DNA of 64,000 bases from Strigamia acuminata. Taxonomy: Eukaryota. Numbering within the stretch: position 1 is the stretch's first letter; each line of letters begins with the position of its first letter. This document shows positions 45,901-59,365 of this stretch, piece by piece. The notes under the pieces are model-generated. The model did no database searches. It had not been told where the DNA came from and saw only the letters and a program-made list of their open reading frames with translations. Both the position numbers and the translations under genes were made by a program. The stretch spans positions 3,162,001 to 3,226,000 of the forward strand of contig OX442314.1 in the NCBI GenBank assembly GCA_949358305.1, read 5' to 3'.

Positions 45901-48900
45901 TATTCTGGATATTGCAGGGTTGCTTTCCAGACGCAAATTGTTGTATCTCCGTCAGATTGACGACTGGGACGGGTTTTAGTCGTTGGTTACGGTATTGATT
46001 TCGAAATACGAATTGTTGCGCTTCGTTTATATTTTTAAATTCAGCTGAATTTAACCGGTATTGTTTACAATACTGTTCGAATTGATACCGGATCTCCCGT
46101 GGGTTAGTCAAAAAACTTTCTTTTTTAGGTTTAAAATCATTCTCATTATCGTGTTGGTAATACTTTTTCAAGGGAAAAGTTTGCTTGACCTTTTTTCGAT
46201 TTGAAATGGGCGTTAGGTAGAATTGTCTTGGCTGGGGACTCTTCTTGGTAGACAAATCATACGTCCGCAAACATGAGTTTGTGATCGGCGATCGGGCACG
46301 TTGTTGTACGTTATTTGACTGCAAATGTTTGTTTGGAGTCCGAATATCTTTCCTTTGCGTTGATATTGGTGGCCCAAAACTTTTGTTTACGGTTCCCAAT
46401 TCTTTTGATAGCGGTAGGTTAATCGACAGATTAAGGCTAGCCACATATCGTTGTGCTTCAGCTGGATTAGCATATCGAACTGAAATTAGCTGATCTCGAT
46501 TGTAAACGAGTTTTAATTTGTTCTGAACAACCGACTGGTTAGTTAACGAACTCTCTGGACGAGAATTATTAGGTTTATAATTCTCTTCCCCCTTATCTAC
46601 CGAATTAGGTGGTTTAAACTTTTCTAACTTAGATCCCCTACTGGATGTTTGAAACATAGTATGAGAATCTTGATTCACTAAGTTTCGGCTGTATGTTTGT
46701 GGATTCCGTACTGGATCTTGATGTGAAGATTGAGATTGGGTACGATCTCGCCAGTTCCTAGCTTTTACATAGTCTGAAGCTTCGATTATATTTTTAAACT
46801 TGGTTTTATCCAGTCCATGACGATTACAATACAGAGTAAAATGATCGGGAATCTTTTCTGTTTGATCGCCAAGTGGTACAGAACTTAAATTTAAGTTTGT
46901 CTGCTTATTATTTCCTTTTGGATCGATCATATTCAATGGTTTTTGAGCCATAAAAAAATTCAAAATCTGACGATTTTAATTCTTTAATTTATAAAGAAGA
47001 CGAATATAATACACTTTTCAACAAGAAACACTTCTAAACTTTACTTTTGACAAAATAAAATTAAACTTCGCGTTTGTTTGACACGTGTTAGCTTTTGCAG
47101 GTTACACGGCACACAAAATTCGAATCGTGACTGAAATCGGGACGGCGTGGTCAAGATGACTCTGGAACACGTCTTCTGGTCTGGTCTGGATGCGAATGAT
47201 CAGTATCTGATCTGGTCCTCCTTTAATAGCAGGGGGCTGGGGATCCCTAGATCTCCCAACTTCTGATTGGCGGATGTTAGTGTCGGCCAATGGTATAAAG
47301 GACGTTACATCTATTTAGTAGTTCTCTACTAAGTCCGTTCCCTTCGAGATTCAATTTTACCGATAAAATAAAATTCCTTCGGGAAGACATTCGTAAAATA
47401 TTGTATTTTTCAAATGAAAATAAAATAAACTTACTTCAATCTTCTTGAACTTTGGGATTTTTACCAATCCAAATAATTAAATAACTTTTCTTCAAAAAAT
47501 ATTTTTCTTTGATTATTCCGTTTAGTGTGTAATATCATTACAACCACAGTTTTAATAAAGTTTTCTCAAACTCTCAATTTTTCTTATTCTTATTCAATTA
47601 TCGTTCAAATAATCATTCCTTTGTAATTGAAATCTATTTTCGATTCCCAACATTGTGTATTCATTTCCAATAGGAAGAATAATTTGACCAAGTCTTTACT
47701 TTTTCGGGTTTAAATTCCATTTTTCGAGTGTGAAAAAATAAATTTTCACCATCCATCTCCCCCTTTTTTAACAAATTTTTTTTTAACAAATAAAAATTCG
47801 TTAAAATTCTTTAAATTTGTTTTGCGAGAAAAATTATCTAATTCTCTAATCTTCCAAAAGAAAATATTCGAAATTTTACTTTAAACGATAAAGTTATTGG
47901 TACAAATGTGTACTTGTTTTTCGGGAGAAAACTATTCGACAATCCTTTAGACTTTTGGGTAAAAATTATTCATCAAATCTTTCTTTTTTGATGACAATTG
48001 CTTTGATTTTTCGAAAGAAAATATCTAGCTAAATTCCACTTTTCCTGAGCGGACAATTGTTTTCACAATTAGTTATTCCTTTGCGATATTTACGAAGGAC
48101 GTGTCTTTGATTATTCGTTTTAATAATTTTCGTCCCCCTTATCTCTAATAACGAGATGTTTTTGCAGAGATCTTTTATCTTTTGAATGAAAGAATATTTA
48201 AATCTCAATTGTCGTAAATACCTTCATCTGCTGCAGCATTTCCTCAATTTGAACTTTTCAAATGAAAAGACAAATCTGGAGAACTTTCACTGTCAAACTT
48301 CTATTCCTATCGCGCCAAAATTCGTAATTCACTGGTTTGGAATTCCGTATAACACGTGACACAATAACAGTATCGATGTCACAATTAAGCAGTTTACTAC
48401 TCGGTCCGCGCGAGGACATGTAAATTACTTTTTTCCGATAAAAATAATTTTTCTTTGAAAAATATTTGAAATTGATTTTTCACAACTACTTTTGAATGAA
48501 ATAAAATGAAGTTATTCCAACTTTTCGTTAATTGCTCACACATAACATTCCCTTTACTGTGGGATTTGCATCGAAATTCCATTTTTAAAGAACCTTTCTT
48601 TTACTTATCGCAAATAAAACATATTCAATCGTTTTTCTGATTAAACTTTAACACGTAAATTACGAACGAAATATATGATGACATTCCATTAACCTTTAGG
48701 AAAATTGACTAAATTCTTAATTTTTAGAGAAAAATAATGTATCTAGAATCTTTCCTTTTCCGAATAAAATCTATGTTCAAAATAGAAGATAAATCTTGTG
48801 CAATTCTTAGTTTTTTCGAATGGAAAAATACAACTTTTCATCAGCGGTGATTTATTTGATTTTTCCGAAAGAAAAATAATTACTTTGAAACTTATTTTCT

Positions 48901-51900
48901 TCGTTTAAATCAGCTATCTGATTTTAAAGCTTCAATCCAATCAAAAAATATTCGCTCCGTAAATATTTCATGTGGCAAAGTTCATAGCCACAAATGGATT
49001 TGTTATTCCGGTTTTAAGAAATCATGTGGGAAAATGTCCGATTAGATTACTAAAAATATTCGTTGTTTTTCAAACAGCTAAATTTCATTTAGAAATTCTC
49101 AAAATTTGGGAGACCCAAATATCGTTGGAAACTTAAAACACTGTTAAATTTCCGAAAGGAAAGATTGAATGAAATCCTTTTACTTTTCCGAGGGAAAGCG
49201 TTTATCGTGATTCGTAACTTTCAATGTAAAAAATACTATTCTATGTGGTCGGCAACTTCATTCGCCGCCATTTTATATTTTCTTAATTTCCATTGTCCCG
49301 AAGGAAAAAATGTACTTTTTGTGAAAATAGTTAATTCCTTCAAATAAAGGTAATATTCATTTCGATTTGCAAATCTTTTCTGCGAAATGGAGTGTGTTGT
49401 TTTTCTCCAACAACTAAATTATCTTTGGTACCGATGGCAGTGGAAAAATTAGTTCGCGACACTTAAATAAATCTCTACGAACCTTCTGTAACATTTCTCC
49501 GCTGTCTTTTATCTGTTGTCCGCCATAATTTCCAAGCATTCGTTCGCACCTTGCGTTGAAGGTTTGAGTAGCTTCCCTGCTGCGTTTGATACGGAGATCG
49601 ACGCGTATTGCTATGGCGCGTGGTCGCTGGCTATCGGTGTCGACGTACAGTTACAAGAAACTTAATTTCTTGTAAATATTTCCAAATAGTTGCGGTGTTT
49701 TCTTCGTTTTAACTTTTCAGGTGGAAAGATAAATTCGTAAGAAGTCCGCCTTCTAAACTTGTATGTTTTTAGCTTTTCGAAATAAAACAAACTTCGAAAA
49801 AAAATATCTGTATTCTTATTTCACTCGAAACTTTTTTGATTTCTTATTTAAAACACTTCGTATTCCTTAAATTGTCGAACGAAAATAGTAAAGAGAGTTC
49901 ACTAAACGTTTCCATTTCGTCAGTTTAACTTTTCACATGAAAATATAAACTGAAAATCTATTTGTCTGTTTTAACTAAAATTTTTTAGTTAAATATTTAT
50001 CTCCAATATTCACTGTTGCAATTCAATCGAATTTAATTGCAACCTAATCTCGGTGGGACCTCCACGTGTGACGGTGACGACCACAACTCCCATTTAACAA
50101 TGGTACCGGGAAGAGATCGCAATAAATAAACAGTGAATACAATACGAGATAAATACAAGACAGTTTATTGTTGGCAAACAATATGGATGAGCTAAATTAT
50201 ACATAGGACTAATGCCGACATTTGGCAAGTTAAATCAGCTATTAAACTATACAAAGAATTGGCCAACTGGCCCTAGAATAATATCACTACGGGTCTGGAA
50301 TATGGGAGCGGTTTCCCCATCGCTCGACCTGATTATAGATGTCATTTTAAGCCGGATGGCTGTGTCCTGGAGTCCGATACGGCTTCGCTGGTTTCCTTGG
50401 TTCGCTGTGTAAACTATCGCACGTCGATAAATCGAATGATCTGAGCATTGCGGTTGACTTTGTCTGCACCGCCACAACTTTGGGAGGATATTGGTGTAAG
50501 TAAATGTATTCATTTACTTATCAATATTCCACTTATGAATTATATTTAATTCATATCGTTGTGAATTCTTATTTAGATATTTCGGGAATAAGTTGTCGTC
50601 AACTTATCGGTTATATTGAGTTCAATATGAGATTAAGTCTTCTGACTTGATTTTGGTCCAACTGGTTGTCGAGTTTAAGTTTTGCTGTTATAAATAAAAT
50701 GAAGATTAAGCTTCCCGTCGCAACACACAATTGCCATCGATTAGAATATACGCCTTGCCATGCAGAACGGTATCAAGCGTCCCCGGCGTCGCAGCACGGT
50801 CGTCCATCGAGTGGTTGACGGTACCACGTACACAGGGGTCGATAGCTCGCGGCTCCGCACAGCAGTTTTATCTCTCGCGGTACTAATAATAGACCGACTG
50901 CTTTGGCATCGAATACCATGAGAATCAGCTTGCCAAACACTTGGTGCTACTCGTGGTTACTGTAAAACAGACTGCTTTGGCACCATCAGGTGAAGGAACC
51001 GATTCTCAACAATACCGATGCTACTCGTGGTAACGGAATACGTTCATACCGAAAAAGACAACTTGGTCCTGTCCGGAGGATACTGAATTGCACAACGGCG
51101 GGTTCTCCTTCGGCGTCGCAACCGTAAACTGTAACATTTATGCAACATAATGATCCCAGCACTTCGACTTCAATTGCCGGCGGTGGCATGATTCTGTAGA
51201 ATCATGCAACGGTTCTTTGCGAATAAATCAACAAAGAACCAAAAGGTTTTTTTACGTGAACAACGAATCATATTTCTTAAGTAACAATACCAAACAGAAA
51301 ATAATCAAACAGAGCTGCAGAATGGCCGGTTGTTTGGGTTTATATAACCTGACTGGATTAAGGATTAATCCAGTTATCCAATTGGAACATGGGTTCCACG
51401 AATCCCTCCAATCCCGTATCACCGGAAGTGGATACGGAGGAACAATGTGCTAATTCTCACCACAACCGGAACTGGATACCCAGGACCGGAAATGGATCCA
51501 CCAATCAGATCTATTGGTTGATCGATTGATCACCAAATGTCCTGTCCCGCAGAAAATGGAAGTTACATTGTATTTAACATCACAAGACATTAATATATCT
51601 TTATATTAATGTTCACAAAGCTTCGTTTCATTCTAGTAAATATAGTTTTATATTTATTTACATGTTTTATATTCATATCTTGAATTTGCCGCTAAATCGT
51701 AATCGCGCCATCTTGTGGCAACATTGCGCATTGACAAATGCGGTTTTAGCAGACGACTCTTCGTGATTCGGCCGGAATCCTTTGATATCAAGTAGGAATG
51801 AGTGTTTATTCTTAATAAACGAACATCTTTGTATTTGAAACATCATAAATAACTTTATTCCAGACATTTATCAGTTTTACACAGAATATCTTCGAGATAT

Positions 51901-51968
51901 CATGATAATGGCGCAACAGCGCTTCTTTCTAAGAAAATAGGCATTTATAGCCATTGTAAACCGTCACA
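42974..51968 (-). mobile_element. Element A copy 4 (complete, minus strand), inserted in the minisatellite
   Basis: 5' LTR 50067-51968, single PBS 50046-50064, PPT 44876-44885, 3' LTR 42974-44875; TSD CGGG (42970-42973 / 51969-51972). Confidence 0.96.
45470..46951 (-). CDS. Element A cargo protein (copy 4; one Q>R change, KQYQL>KQYRL)
   Basis: ORF track comparison with 20889-22382. Confidence 0.75.
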   Translation of the reverse strand: MAQKPLNMIDPKGNNKQTNLNLSSVPLGDQTEKIPDHFTLYCNRHGLDKTKFKNIIEASDYVKARNWRDRTQSQSSHQDPVRNPQTYSRNLVNQDSHTMFQTSSRGSKLEKFKPPNSVDKGEENYKPNNSRPESSLTNQSVVQNKLKLVYNRDQLISVRYANPAEAQRYVASLNLSINLPLSKELGTVNKSFGPPISTQRKDIRTPNKHLQSNNVQQRARSPITNSCLRTYDLSTKKSPQPRQFYLTPISNRKKVKQTFPLKKYYQHDNENDFKPKKESFLTNPREIRYQFEQYCKQYRLNSAEFKNINEAQQFVFRNQYRNQRLKPVPVVNLTEIQQFASGKQPCNIQNNSSQREELRTSKKRFRSPSPAGDEETSSTNQHVQKLTENPGFQSSVPRLRVKYRSPRLLRDFTIPNMGPFHVWFSNEGPIHVWFSRDDLKQKVGSSRSFTLPSEYTVCNCPKKKRRKKSVQQAERSRKFANMRAQYLAKNHVD

Positions 51969-52216
51969 CGGGGGTCGACCGACTCGAACCGGGGGTCGAC
52001 CGACTCGAACCGGGGGTCGACCGACTCGAACCGGGGGTCGACCGACTCGAACCGGGGGTCGACCGACTCGAACCGGGGGTCGACCGACTCAAACCGGGAG
52101 TCGACCGACTCGTACCGGGGGTCGACCGACTCGAACCGGGGGTCGACCGACTCGAACCGGGGGTCGACCGACTCGAACCGGGGGTCGACCGATTCGAATC
52201 GGGGGTCGACCGACTC
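51969..52216. repeat. 21-bp minisatellite, ~12 units
   Basis: Direct inspection. Confidence 0.97.
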
Positions 52217-53427
52217 GGGATGGGATACTTGGGTCGAAATGAATAAGGTCGAAACAGGAACTCGACCTTATTCATTTCGACCCTAGTCATTTCTGTATGT
52301 CTAATTTTGACCTTCTGCATGAATAAGATCGAAACATCATTTTGACCTTAGTCATTTCAACCTTATTCATGAATAAGATCGAAATAGGATTTCGACCTTA
52401 GTCATTTCGACCCTAGTCATTTCGGTGTATGTAATTTCGACCTTATTCATGAATAAGGTCAAAACTTTAAATTTTTATATGAATAAGGTCGAAAAACAAA
52501 AACTCAAAAACATGAGAATTTCACATGAGAATTTCGTGTCTTCTCTCGTTTTCTAATAACAATGTAAAAAATGTTTTTTATTTTATCACTTGTTTTATAT
52601 TTGCAGGAAACCAGAGCTTCTAGAAGAAACTATTTCATATTTTTCTCATTTATTTTATAAATAAGTAATAAAATAACCTTATTTTAGCCTACATAAAGTT
52701 GTTTTTATTTTGATATTAATTTAATTTTTTTTGAACGTTAATTGGCAGTATAAAGTGTGTACACACTGGCCTGATCAAACAATGCAAAAAACACCGCCCA
52801 AAACACCGTATCTATTAAAGAATGCGCGCCGGCAGGCTGCTTAGCGCATTTACCCGGTGCTTCACTGCATCAATGCCATTTTTTTTCTCGGTTTTTCATG
52901 TTTTTCACATCGTTTTAACTCGTTTTTATCATTTTTTTATGATTTCTTAATTTTTTTTTCATTTTTAAACCGTTTTTTTACGGCTTTTAATGTTTTTTTC
53001 CCATTTTTTTTCCATTTTTTGATGATTTTTCAGGTTTTTTTTTAAGTTTTAATTGGTTTTTCGTGGTTTTTAATATTTTTATTGGTTTTAATGTGTGTTT
53101 TATGATCTTTTACGTGTTTTTCCAGAAGACACAAGATTCTCATGTGAAATTCTCATGTTTATGAGTTTTTAACTTTCGACCTTATTCATATAAAAATTTA
53201 GAGTTTTGACCTCATTCATGAATAAGGTCGACCTTTTACATATTTCGACCTTATTCATGAATAAGATAGAAACAGCATTTCGACCTTAGTCCTTTCGACC
53301 CTAGTCATTTCTGTATATGTAATTTCGACTTTAATCATTTCACCCAGGGATGGGATACTTGGGTCGAAATTAATAAGGTCAAAACAGGATTTCAACTTTA
53401 TTCATTTCGACCTTAGTATGAAATCCC
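52217..53427. mobile_element. Element H copy 3
   Basis: Near-identical to 38697-39908; followed by ~4 minisatellite units (53428-53510). Confidence 0.6.
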
Positions 53428-53797
53428 ACCGACTCGAATCGGGGGTCTTCCGACTAGAATCGGGGGTCGACCGACTCGAATCGGGGGTCGACCGACTCGA
53501 ATCGGGGGTCGGCACCAATGTTAAATCCCTCTCGTAACACACTGCAGTCGAGTCCTTGTTGAAAAATTCGTATTGTTGTCGTACAAAAAAATCACCTTTT
53601 GTTGTATCCAAATCGTCCGGTTTGTTCGCAAAAAGAGTCGCCTTTTTGTAGTCTCAAAATAGTTCGTATTTGCAGGTCAGTTTCCAACCAGTCTCGGTTG
53701 AAAAAGTGTAACAGTCCTTTAGATGTGAAGAAAACACACACACACTCAGGTTAAAGTAAATGTTGCACACTGATTTTATTCTTGTTTCTACAGACTA

Positions 53798-54349
53798 CCG
53801 TATATCTGCAAATAGCACACCCGTGCGCTATTTGCCAAAATTTTTTTTTAACCGCGCGCTATTAGAGGCCCGTGGGCTATTAGAAGCCCGCGGTTTATTT
53901 CAAATCTGAAAAATTGTAACGAAACGTATGGATGACGAATTGATTAAAAATTGTATTAAGGTTATTCTGAATCGATTAACATTTCCTCATTTTCCTCATT
54001 TTCCTCATCACCTTCTTCAACACGGAGACACACCGAATTTCTTTGCAGCCTTTTCGCCGGAATTCTCCTTGGCATACTGAATTGCTGCCAACTTAAAGCT
54101 GAGATCAAACGAACGTGGCATCTTAAAGCACAATACTACTCAATCCAAACTGTGCTACTTATATACTGGTACCAACAATTGAAACGTTTCCGAGACATAA
54201 CACCAATTATGATACGTCTCGGAAATGTAACAATTTGCCCCGTGCGCTAAACAAGGTCCGCGTCTTATTTGTAAAAACGACTTTGACCCCGTGTATTACT
54301 TAAGGTCCGTGGGCTATTAAGGGCCCGTGTAGTAATCGACAATATACGG
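53798..54349 (-). mobile_element. pogo/Tc2-like element, duplicated copy
   Basis: Same sequence and same flanks as 7088-7639. Confidence 0.8.
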
Positions 54350-54881
54350 TATATATCTAATCAAATGAGGTTAATTGGTTGTTCACCATTGGTGAAACAA
54401 AATACAAAGAAAATGAAAAACAATAGTGTGGAGTTTTTCGGGTGTAACGGGCGATAACGATCGCCAGGGGGCGGGCGGACACAAACGGAATATGTCCGAT
54501 AAACGTTTTGGGGGTGAACAGCCAATTGGGGGCCGTTCTTTGTAATCAACCAATCAGGGTTGACCAGTGTGATATATAATCAGTTTGTTTTGTTTAATAA
54601 AATCACTTGAAGTTAACTAGAGCTTGTAGTTGTGTCTTGGTAATTTTGGGTCAGCTAGTCTCAGCTTTGAGATAGTTTACATCAGAAGTGGGATAGAAGG
54701 ATTTGATGCGACGATAGACGATAAAGTAGACGAGAAAGTAGAAGAAGTAAGAGGCGACGACTGTTTTTGGCGACGGGAACGAAAATCGGGGTAACAAATA
54801 GCGCGTGGACGGTTCGGGAAACAAGAGACGATTCGCCGAATAAACACGTGCTACGAAGGTTAGCCGAACTTCGAACGAGAG

Positions 54882-57800
54882 ATGGCCGACGCGGAAGCAG
54901 TATTAGCAAAAATCCAACGTAAAGAGATTCCATCGTACGAAGATTTAAACGTGCTGAGGACCCGAGAGATTAGACCGCTATTACGGGAGCGGAAAATTGT
55001 GCCACAGAAGTTGAAAACAGACATGTTGGGACAATTATGGCGCGCGTTACGTACGGAAGCGGGAATAGTAGAACGAGTAGAAAGCGACGACGAGGATGAC
55101 GACGACAAAGAAGAAGAAGAAGAAAAGAACGATTTAGAAAACGACGACGACAAGTCGAAGACAGAAGAGAACGTGTCGCTAGAAGCAGACGGCGTGTACA
55201 GTAAAGATCTGATGATGACAAAGATGTTGCAGATGATGTAAACCATGCAAAAATCGCAGAGAGAGCCGAAGGAAGTAAAGAACGCGCCGAAGTTGCCACG
55301 ATTCTCGGGCGAACGAAGCGAGCTGCGTACGACCACGCAATGGTTATAAGATGTTCGCGAATACGCCAAAGAATATAAGTGGACGAATGTGTCCAAAGTA
55401 ACGACGGCGGCAGCAGCGTTAGAAGGACCAGCGAAGGTGTGGCAAGACAGCGCAGGAACGACGATCCGGAACTTCGACAAATAAGCGATCGAGCTGACGA
55501 AGAATTTTCCAGATCGACAACTGTCTTACGAAGATAAAGAACGATTGATTCGAGCTCCACAGAAGAACGACGAGACCACCGAAACCTATTTACGGCAAAA
55601 ATGGGCCACGTGCGAAAGACTGGGAATGTCGATCAGCGACGCGCAGAATTATCTGTTAGACGGACTAAGAAGCAAAGCAGCGACGGCGCCGATGTACGTT
55701 GTCCAATATCAACACATCAGCGAGATGGTTGGAACGGCGCAAAACCTGGAAGCTCGAGCGAAGGGGACAACGATCGAAGCAAAGACGAAAACGAGCTCTA
55801 CGAAGCCAAACGGGAGAGGATTCGACGCAGGGCCGAAGTGTTTTAGGTGCGGCGAGAAGGGGCACCAGAAGTCAGATTGTCCGAACGAGCTGAAGTGTTT
55901 TAAATGCCACGAATCGGGCCATCTGGCGAATGCGTGTCCAAATGAAGTAAAATGCTTCAATTGTAACGGGTTTGGACACATGGCAAACGCGTGTCCAGAG
56001 CCGAAGAAAGAGCGGAAGCAGCCATCAAAAAACAAGTTGGACGTTAAAACGAAGAAGATTTACAAAATCGAAGCCGAGGAGATGCAGCCAGAATTCGAGA
56101 CCATGATGTGGGTCGATGGAAAGAAATGCAGCGCGGGAATCGATACGCAAAGCGCCGTGTGTCTGATTAGTAAGACGTTTTCGCAACGTACAAAGATCGA
56201 GGAGCCGGACTACGAATACGTGATCGAAGGTTTTAATCAAGATGCAAGTCGTTATCGTGGGCGAACGAGATGTGATGTAGAAAGCGCAAACGTGAAATTG
56301 GCGGGTGTCGAGTTCTATGTGGTCGACGACGCCAGAATGCCGACGGAAGTCTGGATAGGGAAACCATTCTTGAAACACCCGACGATCACGATGCAATCAG
56401 ACGGAGGTTACGTGACGTTCAGACCGAGGGAAGGGATGCGAGACGAATCAGGAATTTCAAGAATCGAGCCAAAGATCACTGCAGCAAAGCCGCGAGCGCT
56501 CGTGATCGACGAAAACAAAGTGGTACCAGCCCACTCGATAAGTTTGGTGACGGTACGAGCGAAGAGTCAGTCAGACGGATTGTTTTACGTAGAAAACGAG
56601 CACGCGGTGACGGATCGGTTGGAAGTACCGGAAGGCCTGATCGAAGTGAAGAACGAGCGGGCAACGATGCCGATAATCAACAACGAACCAGAAGAAGTAC
56701 GAGTCACACGAGGTCGAAAGCTTGGGCATGTTGAAATCACCGAAGAAGAACCGTTGTTGCACCAGGTACAAGTCAAGAAAGTCACGACGATCGAGGCAAG
56801 TTCGAGGATGCGAATAACGGCCGACGAAATTAATTTGGGCAAGTCAGTGACGCCGGAAGAAAAGGAGATCGTACTGACGATGATTAACGACGAATTTCGA
56901 GACTGTTTCGCAACGAATTTGGAGGAGGTCGGATGTTTTCCAGATCTCAAGATGGATATCGAAGTTACGACGACGAGGCCAACGAATTTGCGGCGATACC
57001 AGTATTCAGCAGCGCAGCAAAAAGAGATTGACAAGATGGTCGCCGAGTTGGAAGGAGCAGGATTCGTGACGCGATCAAAGAGTCCATTCAACAGTCCGAT
57101 CGTGATGGTGCGCAAGAAAACCGGCGAATGGAGAATTTGTATTGATTTCAGATCGCTCAACGAAATAACGGTGAAGGAACACTTTCCGTGCCCCAGGATG
57201 GATGAGTTACTCGACGGGACGCACGAATGAAGAGTTTTCCTAGTGTTCGATTTGGCGTCGGGTTACTACCAGATCGAATTGACAGCTAAAGCGCAAGAGA
57301 AGACAGCATTTTCGACAATGAACGGCAAATATCAGTTTGTGCGGATGTGGTTTGGGTTGATAAACGCGCCGTTTGTTTTCAATCGAGTGATGGAGTTGGC
57401 GTTCGGACATTTGCCATACGAAGTACTGCGCAGATATATGGACGATCTTCTATCGGGTGCGAAAACGAACGCGGAGTTAATCGAGAAGATGAGGAAGATC
57501 TTAATCGAGGTGAGAAGATCGAAGCTTACATTGAAGTTGAGCAAATGCCACTTCCTCTGCGAGGAAGTACAGTTTCTCGGGTTACGACTGACGAAGGACG
57601 GCCTACGACCAGGATTCGAGAAAACAAGCGCGATCAAGAATTTTGCGAAGCCAAAAGACGTACGAGGCATAAGGAGTTTTCTGGGATTATGTGGATATTT
57701 CCGACGATTCATCGCAGGATATGCGACAAAAACGAGAGCGCTAACGAAATTGACTCGAAAGAACGAAACGTTTGTGTGGACAACTGAGTGTGAAGCAGCG

Positions 57801-58193
57801 TTTCAGGGGTTGATTGGAGAATTGATTGCGGAGCCAGTGTTGAAGATCTACGATAACACACGACTGTGCGAGGTGCATACGGACGCATCACAAGACGGGA
57901 TCGGGGCAGTATTAATGCAGCGAGGCGAAGGAAACGACCTGCATCCGATTATCTATGCGAGTAGAACAACGACCGAATGCGAGAAGCGATACCATTCAAC
58001 GGAGCTCGAGTTAATGGCGGTAGTTTGGGCGGTGTTAAAATTTCGAATGTACTTATACGGCGCAGAATTCACGGTGGTGACAGATTGCGAAGCAGTACGA
58101 TATGGGTTGAAGAAACGGGAGTTGACGCCACGAATCGGGAGATGGGTGTTGGCGCTTTCGGAATATAATTTCAAAGCAATACATCGACCAGGA
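54882..58193 (+). pseudogene. gag-pol: Gypsy gag-pol (gag with three CCHC knuckles, protease, RT, RNase H) with in-frame stops
   Basis: CFRCGEKGHQKSDC / CFKCHESGHLANAC / CFNCNGFGHMANAC; GIDTQSA; WRICIDFRSLN; DLASGYYQI; YMDD; TDASQDGIGAVL. Stops at ~55239, ~55482 and 57228, all in the same frame. Confidence 0.92.
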
Positions 58194-59362
58194 CACTGGA
58201 AAAAAAATCAGATTTACTCACTTGTAAAGAATTGTAAATGTATAGGTAGATGGATTTTACAAGTTTGTAAATTAGATTTACAAACAATTGAAAATAAGTC
58301 TTTTTTAAACATATTTACAATCTGGAAAGAGACCATTTCCGGGACTTTTTTTACAATAACTTTACAAACATTTTCAATTGTGTAATTATAAAATTTCATA
58401 ATATATTTCCAATGTATTTCCAATATATTTCCAATATATTTCCAATATATTTCCAATAAAAAAATCTACTACCCTCCATTTTGAAAAATTTAAATACATA
58501 AACTCAATTTTTTTTTTTAAACTGTTTGATTTTTTTTTCAAACACCATTCAACAATTAGTTTTCATTGATTTGATCACAATTTGCATGTTTTATTAACAG
58601 TTTTATTTAAATTTATTTTAATCTTATAGTTTTCTTTTTTCTAACCTTGACCTCTGCTGGAATTGAACCTGGGACCCTTTGTTCTAAAGACCACTGCCCT
58701 ATCCACTAGGCTAGTATGGCTTGTAATAGCTTTATGCATAACTTCCTATAAATAGTAACTTCTTTGTTAAATAATCTGTTTGAGATTCATCGTATTAAAA
58801 ATACAATCAATCTCACATTGATTACCGTCGATGAAACAATCTGACTCCTGGAGTCGGATTGTTTCATCGACGGTACGTTTCATCGACACGAATTTTTCCG
58901 TCCCTGCGCCCTGATTGGCCCGATTTCATATTGTCCATGTCGGTTCGAAATTGGATCGTTTCATACATTATTTTCTCTTCTGAGTTCAAATTTGATACAA
59001 TTTTATTGTTCCTGACTGTATTTTACCTTGTTCTTGTTACATTTCAGATATTTAAATGTTACATTTCAATTTCAGGTATTTTCTTGCTTTTACATTATTT
59101 TTACAATCATTGTGAAATGAAGTTTACAATACATTTCCATCCAAAAGAAAATTGATTGGAAACAACATTTCAAACAACAGATTTTCAACTAATTGAAAAT
59201 ATGACTTTTCATCTCTAGGATTTACTACACATTTTCAGAAGTTTGGAAATATACAAATATTTCCAACATATTTCCAGCAAATTTCCGCATCATAGTAAAT
59301 TCAACTTTTCCATATAAATTTTCAACTTGGAAATGTTTGGAAATATGCTTTTTTTTCCAGTG
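58194..59362. mobile_element. Non-autonomous CACTA/CMC-like DNA transposon, 1169 bp, TSD GGA
   Basis: CACTGGAAAAAAAA...TTTTTTTTCCAGTG. Removal restores the pol frame HRPGLLMGHVDALSR. Subterminal ATATATTTCCA repeats. Confidence 0.88.
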
Positions 59363-59365
59363 GGA

